DNA of 64,000 nucleotides from Sulfitobacter sp. (GTDB taxonomy: Bacteria > Pseudomonadota > Alphaproteobacteria > Rhodobacterales > Rhodobacteraceae): contig JBGCDV010000006.1 in NCBI GenBank assembly GCA_045105735.1, positions 115,460-179,459 of the forward strand, read 5' to 3'. The translations under genes and the position numbers were made by a program. This document shows, in pieces, positions 59,734-64,000 of the stretch. The notes under the pieces are model-generated. The model was not told where the DNA came from. It saw nothing but the letters and a program-made list of their open reading frames with translations, and did not search any database. Within the stretch, counting starts at the first letter, position 1; every line of letters begins with the position of its first letter.

Positions 59734-60573
59734 TCAGCGCTTGCGCGCCACGACGATATACCCGATGCCGCGATCCCCTTTGGTGAAGAGCCGCTGGAAC
59801 CCCAGCAATGCGCGAAAGGCCAGCGCGGCAGGTAAGGCGCTGTAGATCGGCCAGAGTTTCGTCAGCAGCTTGCGGTCTGTACCGCTGGCCTCTGTGCGGT
59901 CGGTGATGTCCATCTCCGCCCGGTCGTCTCCGGCGGTCTGGCTGGCATAGATCTTTGCCCCGAATTTCTCCATCGCGTTGGCGATGGGAAAGCCATAGCT
60001 CTGAATATCCATCACCTCATACCCGGCCCCTTCGACCAGCGCCGTCATGTCCTCGCGGCGGTAACGGCGGAAATGCCCCGCCCATTCATCCGCCGCGTTC
60101 CAGCGGTGCGGATGTGCTGGCATGGAAATCACCAGTGTGCCACCGGGGCGCAGGTATTGCGACCAGTCGGCCAGGGCGGCGTGATCATCCTCGATATGCT
60201 CCAGCACCTCAAAGGCGGTCAGATAGTCAAAGCTCTCGGGCGCGGCTTCCGCATCCGTGGCCGCCACGTCCATCGCCGGATCATCAGCCGCCAGCGTGCG
60301 CGCAAGGCGCAAAGCGGAGGGGGATTGATCAACGCCCAGCGCCTCAAATCCCTGTGCGGTCAGCTCCGTCAGGAGCGACCCTGCCCCACAGCCGTATTCG
60401 ATCATCCGACCAGGTTTCATCCCGGCAAAGATACGCAACAGCAGGTCGCGCCGCATCAGGTAGCGTGGTGCCGGCACCCAATTGAGCGCGGGCATGGCGG
60501 GGCCATAGAAACGGTGCTGCACCACATCGGGCGTCGGCTGCGGCATGTGATCTGCGGTCTGTTCGATGGTCAT
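59734..60573 (-). CDS. class I SAM-dependent methyltransferase
   Basis: Motif I MIEYGCGAGSL and post-I LGVDQS, then FDYLTAFEVLEHI. Confidence 0.85.
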   Translation of the reverse strand: MTIEQTADHMPQPTPDVVQHRFYGPAMPALNWVPAPRYLMRRDLLLRIFAGMKPGRMIEYGCGAGSLLTELTAQGFEALGVDQSPSALRLARTLAADDPAMDVAATDAEAAPESFDYLTAFEVLEHIEDDHAALADWSQYLRPGGTLVISMPAHPHRWNAADEWAGHFRRYRREDMTALVEGAGYEVMDIQSYGFPIANAMEKFGAKIYASQTAGDDRAEMDITDRTEASGTDRKLLTKLWPIYSALPAALAFRALLGFQRLFTKGDRGIGYIVVARKR

Positions 60574-60576
60574 GGG

Positions 60577-61755
60577 TTACGTCCTTTCGGCCAGTGTCGC
60601 GATCTTGGCGCACAGGCTCTTTGCGATTTTGGAAGGTGCTGCCACCTTCAACTGCTCTGTTGTCATGGATGGAAAGTCAGATGTTTCAAGCGCTTCGACG
60701 GCATCAAGGATGGCATCGGGATCTGCAATATTCACCAGTTGCAACGCGGGATCAGGTGTCGCGAACATTTCGCGCAACGCGGGCGTGTCGCCTGTGATCA
60801 CCGGGCGGCCCGCAAAGAGGCATTGATAGACCTTGTTGGGCACCACTGAGGCTGCCTTCTCGGATGTGCCAAAGATGCCAAGGCAGACATCGCTGCGCGC
60901 AATCGCATGGGCAAGATCCTCATAAGGCACCCAGCGGTCCCATGTGATGTGATCCGCCTTTGTGGCGCTCAGGGCCTGCTCGACCAGCGGCAACTCCTGT
61001 CCGCTACCAATGATGTGCCACTCAAACGCGCGTCCCCGCTCGGACAAGGCCGCTTCAAGGATGGTTTCCACGCCGTGCAGCGGGATCAACTGACCGTAGA
61101 ACAGAATGCGTGTCGGTCCCTCATGGGGCACCCGCGCAGGCACCTTGGCAAAGGCACCGGGCTCTGCGCCCACGGGCACAGCGTCCACCGTCTTGGGGTC
61201 GAGATCAAAGAGCGCCGCGATGCGCGCGGCATGGGTTTGCGTGTCCAGCAAAACACGATCCGCGGCGCGACAGGACAGACGTTCCCCTGCCTTCAGAACC
61301 TTGGCCAACACATTGCCCCGCTTGAGCATTTTGCGATCTTGCACGACCGTATCATAAAGCGACAGAAAGAGGTCGAGCACCACAGGTTTCCCGCGCAGCT
61401 TGGCAAAGGGCCACAGCACGATCACGTCAAACTGCCCCATATAGGGCACCAGCACCACGTCATGCTGGCGCGCGCGCAGATACCGCAGGATCAGCATCGG
61501 GTAGGCGATCAGCAACTGCAGCAGACGCAGTATCATTTGCCCCCGGCTCAGCTGGCTTTTGTCTGCATCAGATGACCACACATCGGCGTGGATTTCCGTC
61601 ACCTCGACGCCAATCTCGGCCAAACCATCGCGCAGAATGCGGGTGCGTGGCTTACCCAGATCGTAGGTTCCCCACAGCAAAATGCGCAAAGGCGCATCTG
61701 TTGCAGCCTGCGCAGGTGCGGCCATCGGGGAAAGTTGTGCGGCAATCTGGGTCAT
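60577..61755 (-). CDS. GT-B fold glycosyltransferase (GT4-like)
   Basis: The C-terminal block FGTSEKAASVVPNKVYQCLFAGRPVITGDTPALREMF is typical of GT4/GT1 enzymes. ATGA overlap with the upstream gene. Confidence 0.8.
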   Translation of the reverse strand: MTQIAAQLSPMAAPAQAATDAPLRILLWGTYDLGKPRTRILRDGLAEIGVEVTEIHADVWSSDADKSQLSRGQMILRLLQLLIAYPMLILRYLRARQHDVVLVPYMGQFDVIVLWPFAKLRGKPVVLDLFLSLYDTVVQDRKMLKRGNVLAKVLKAGERLSCRAADRVLLDTQTHAARIAALFDLDPKTVDAVPVGAEPGAFAKVPARVPHEGPTRILFYGQLIPLHGVETILEAALSERGRAFEWHIIGSGQELPLVEQALSATKADHITWDRWVPYEDLAHAIARSDVCLGIFGTSEKAASVVPNKVYQCLFAGRPVITGDTPALREMFATPDPALQLVNIADPDAILDAVEALETSDFPSMTTEQLKVAAPSKIAKSLCAKIATLAERT

Positions 61756-63428
61756 AGCCGCCAGAATCCAGCATAGAGGTCAGTTTCGGGCAATTGCTTT
61801 GGTGCAAGCCCCGGCGCAGTGTTCCAGATAAGTCGCACTTTGGTGCCCTCGGGGGCAGTGACCGCGAGGGGGCCACCATCAAAGCGGCGCACCTCGTCTG
61901 GGGACATTTCGGTGCCATCGACAGTGACTGGCCCTTCGGCCTCTAGCCGGTAGCGGCCAGCGAAGGGTAAATTCATCGTGGCTTGACCTGTGTTCAGCAC
62001 ACTCTCTTGTCCAGCCAACCAGATCACCCCGGCATGATGCACGTAAGAGGCCCGCAGCACCTCTGCGTCGTCAGCCAAAAGGCCCAGCGTTTCGCCGCTG
62101 TCCCTCTCGGGACGCATCGCAAGGTAGAGTTCATCGCGGTTGGCCAGCAAAAGTGGCGGCTGGTGCTCGGCAATCAATTTGCCAAAAACAGGCTTGCCCG
62201 CCGCACGGTAGACCGCAATGCCCCATGTGGACATGAAAAAACCCTGCCGTTCAAAACTGGCCATCATGCCGTTCTGATCGATGTAGGATACAGATTGCGG
62301 AAACAGACGGTGCACTTCGGCGATGGTCGTGCGCTGTGCTGCGTTGTCCTCGGCGTAGGCGCGCAAAGTCTGTGTCGCCCCACCAGCGAGCATCAGAACA
62401 AGGCCAAGTTTCCAGATCAGGCTGCCCTTTAGGGCCTGCGCGCCAAGAGCCACGCAGACCATCAGCGCAGGCACCGCAAAGGGAAAGAAATAAGGAAAGG
62501 CGTTGCGATATAGCACAACGGTCAGGAGCGGCGCGGCAAAGAGGACAAGCACGATTTGCAAACGACGCGGGGGCGCAAGCACAATGCCCGCCACGGCCAG
62601 CAAAAGGCCGCCGATGCTAAACAACGCCCACAGCGACACTTCTGGCAGCCGCGGCAACAGCCCACTGCCCCCCAAGGTCACACGTGCCGCTTCGCTGAGG
62701 TTATCTGACGCTCCTTGCACAGCCACAATACCCGTGGAATGCCAGACAAAGAGCGCACCCGCGAGCGCAAGCGCCGACACGCCCGCCAAAAGACACCGCA
62801 AGACCACGCCGCGCTCCGGCCATCGCCAGAGCAACGCGGCAAGGAAGACCGGCAGGTAGAGCGCCGATTTCACTGTGACAAGCAGTGCCAGCGCACTGAG
62901 GACCGCGACCGCAGCACTCTGCCACAGTCCCATCCGCGTCGTCATCATCAGCGCAAGCGCGGCCATCAGCAGGCTCGCCGCCATAGGATCCGCACGGAAA
63001 CTGCCCCCATGCGGGATCGCAAAACCAGCAGTGACAAAGGCCAGCACGGCCATATCCGCCGAAGAGACATCCGTCAGCTTGGCGGCAATCCGGTGGATCG
63101 ACACACAGGTGCCGACAAAGAACGCCAGCATGACCAGCCGCGCCGCCGTGATCTGATCAACCTCATGGCCGGACACCATCGGCAACCAGCCAAAGCCATG
63201 CACAAAAAACGTCTGCAACGGGCGGTCCAGACGCCCGTCCAGATGCGCGTGCACATGCGAGAGGAAGTAGAACTCATCCCAGTTCACGTTGCGGGTAAAG
63301 GCCATCACAGCCATTGCCGCTAGGGCTGTAAAAATAGCGAAACGGACCACAATCCGAAGGATGTGGTCGCTGCCTTGCTGCCCCGCTGCCCCCGCAGCAT
63401 CAAATGCTGCGTCAGGATGCATCGGCAA
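61752..63428 (-). CDS. GT-C-like polytopic membrane glycosyltransferase (ArnT/PMT_2-like architecture) with a C-terminal periplasmic domain
   Basis: About 11 TM helices, an acidic first-loop motif (NVNWDEFYF), and a soluble C-terminus of about 190 aa. The call rests on architecture and on the adjacent GT2; the family is unverified. Confidence 0.6.
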   Translation of the reverse strand: MPMHPDAAFDAAGAAGQQGSDHILRIVVRFAIFTALAAMAVMAFTRNVNWDEFYFLSHVHAHLDGRLDRPLQTFFVHGFGWLPMVSGHEVDQITAARLVMLAFFVGTCVSIHRIAAKLTDVSSADMAVLAFVTAGFAIPHGGSFRADPMAASLLMAALALMMTTRMGLWQSAAVAVLSALALLVTVKSALYLPVFLAALLWRWPERGVVLRCLLAGVSALALAGALFVWHSTGIVAVQGASDNLSEAARVTLGGSGLLPRLPEVSLWALFSIGGLLLAVAGIVLAPPRRLQIVLVLFAAPLLTVVLYRNAFPYFFPFAVPALMVCVALGAQALKGSLIWKLGLVLMLAGGATQTLRAYAEDNAAQRTTIAEVHRLFPQSVSYIDQNGMMASFERQGFFMSTWGIAVYRAAGKPVFGKLIAEHQPPLLLANRDELYLAMRPERDSGETLGLLADDAEVLRASYVHHAGVIWLAGQESVLNTGQATMNLPFAGRYRLEAEGPVTVDGTEMSPDEVRRFDGGPLAVTAPEGTKVRLIWNTAPGLAPKQLPETDLYAGFWRL

Positions 63429-64000
63429 TCTCTACCTTTTCTACCGTGCGCAGGTTGGGCTGGGCGCGTGGTGCCCGAACCGGGCCGCGCAGCAACTCAC
63501 GGGCGCGGATGTCTTCGAGCAGCGAACGGTTTGCCGCAATCAAATCGGCCAGAATGCCCACGGCAAAGAGGATCGTCGCCATTGCCAGCAAGACGCCCGA
63601 CAGGACCAGCGACTGCACATGCCCCGCCCCGCCATCGGTGGCGTAGAAATAGAGGAACCGCCCCACCGCCGCGACGGCGGGCAGTGCAAAAATCGCCGCA
63701 AGCGTGAAGAAGAACCGCAATGGCGCATAGATCACAAACACCCGCAGGATCGTTTTGACCGACCGCATGATATACTGCCGGATGCCGCGGAAGAGGCGTG
63801 AGGGCCGTGTGACCGTGTTCACCCGCACCGGGACGGACGTCATCGGAATGCGCTTGCGTCCGGCCTGAATGATCGTTTCAAGCGTGTAGGTGTACGTGTT
63901 GACCACACAAAGACGCGCTGCGGCATCACGTGCATAGGCCCGGAACCCGCTGGGCGCATCGGGAATGTCCGATCCGCTTGCCTGACGCACAACCCAGCTG
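63412..64000 (-). CDS. GT2 polyprenyl-phosphate glycosyltransferase (ArnC/GtrB/DPM1-like), C-terminal part; continues past the right edge
   Basis: SGFRAYARDAA...TYTLETIIQAGRKRIPMTSVPVRVN..TRPSRLF followed by two C-terminal TM helices is the typical GtrB/ArnC layout. The frame is open to the window end. Confidence 0.75.
   Translation of the reverse strand, partial: SWVVRQASGSDIPDAPSGFRAYARDAAARLCVVNTYTYTLETIIQAGRKRIPMTSVPVRVNTVTRPSRLFRGIRQYIMRSVKTILRVFVIYAPLRFFFTLAAIFALPAVAAVGRFLYFYATDGGAGHVQSLVLSGVLLAMATILFAVGILADLIAANRSLLEDIRARELLRGPVRAPRAQPNLRTVEKVEIADAS

Noticed and set aside
58141-59835. 564-aa + strand ORF spanning the PAP2-like and UPF0104-like genes
   Set aside because: The product is extremely Arg/Pro/Ala-rich. 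It crosses two well-formed membrane-protein genes on the other strand, so it is an antisense artefact.

Overview
High-GC bacterial chromosome segment. Gene content and protein signatures suggest an alphaproteobacterium, probably Rhodobacteraceae-like; this is inference, as no database was available. Almost all of the window is coding and most of it is housekeeping or catabolic core. Recognisable genes, left to right: a split riboflavin locus (ribB(A) partial, ribE, ribD, nrdR) interrupted by three opposite-strand group-2 capsule genes (kpsS, a Wza/KpsD-like exporter, kpsC); rpoD and dnaG; a sarcosine oxidase operon (soxB-D-A-G) carrying two extra secreted proteins; an Ada-type methyltransferase and a PEP-mutase family gene; glutamate dehydrogenase; a more AT-rich three-gene TadG(vWA)/TadE/TadE cassette; an EF-hand protein followed by an ECF sigma, a putative anti-sigma and a periplasmic sensor; DUF983, NUDIX, DMT and fatty-acid desaturase genes with an XRE regulator; carnitine catabolic genes (lcdH-thioesterase fusion, BKACE, SDR) split by a coiled-coil gene and a lipoprotein gene; aldo/keto reductase, MFS transporter and metG; a large PAS-containing MCP; oxyR divergent from katG; an amidohydrolase translationally coupled to a COG0523 GTPase; an ABC / FtsX / AttH-like / PNPOx-like operon; and, at the right edge, a six-gene envelope operon (GT2, GT-C-like, GT4, methyltransferase, LPG-synthase-TM-like, PAP2-like). 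I saw no rRNA, tRNA, CRISPR array, IS element or integrase. The best candidates for uncharacterised biology are the right-edge envelope operon, the orphan Tad-like vWA cassette, the tandem secreted paralogs at 8.7-9.7 kb, the secreted Cys-rich genes inside the sox operon, the unknown gene coupled to ribE, and a 94-bp nested palindrome at 34.2 kb. All family calls come from motif recognition by eye in the supplied translations; none was verified by search.
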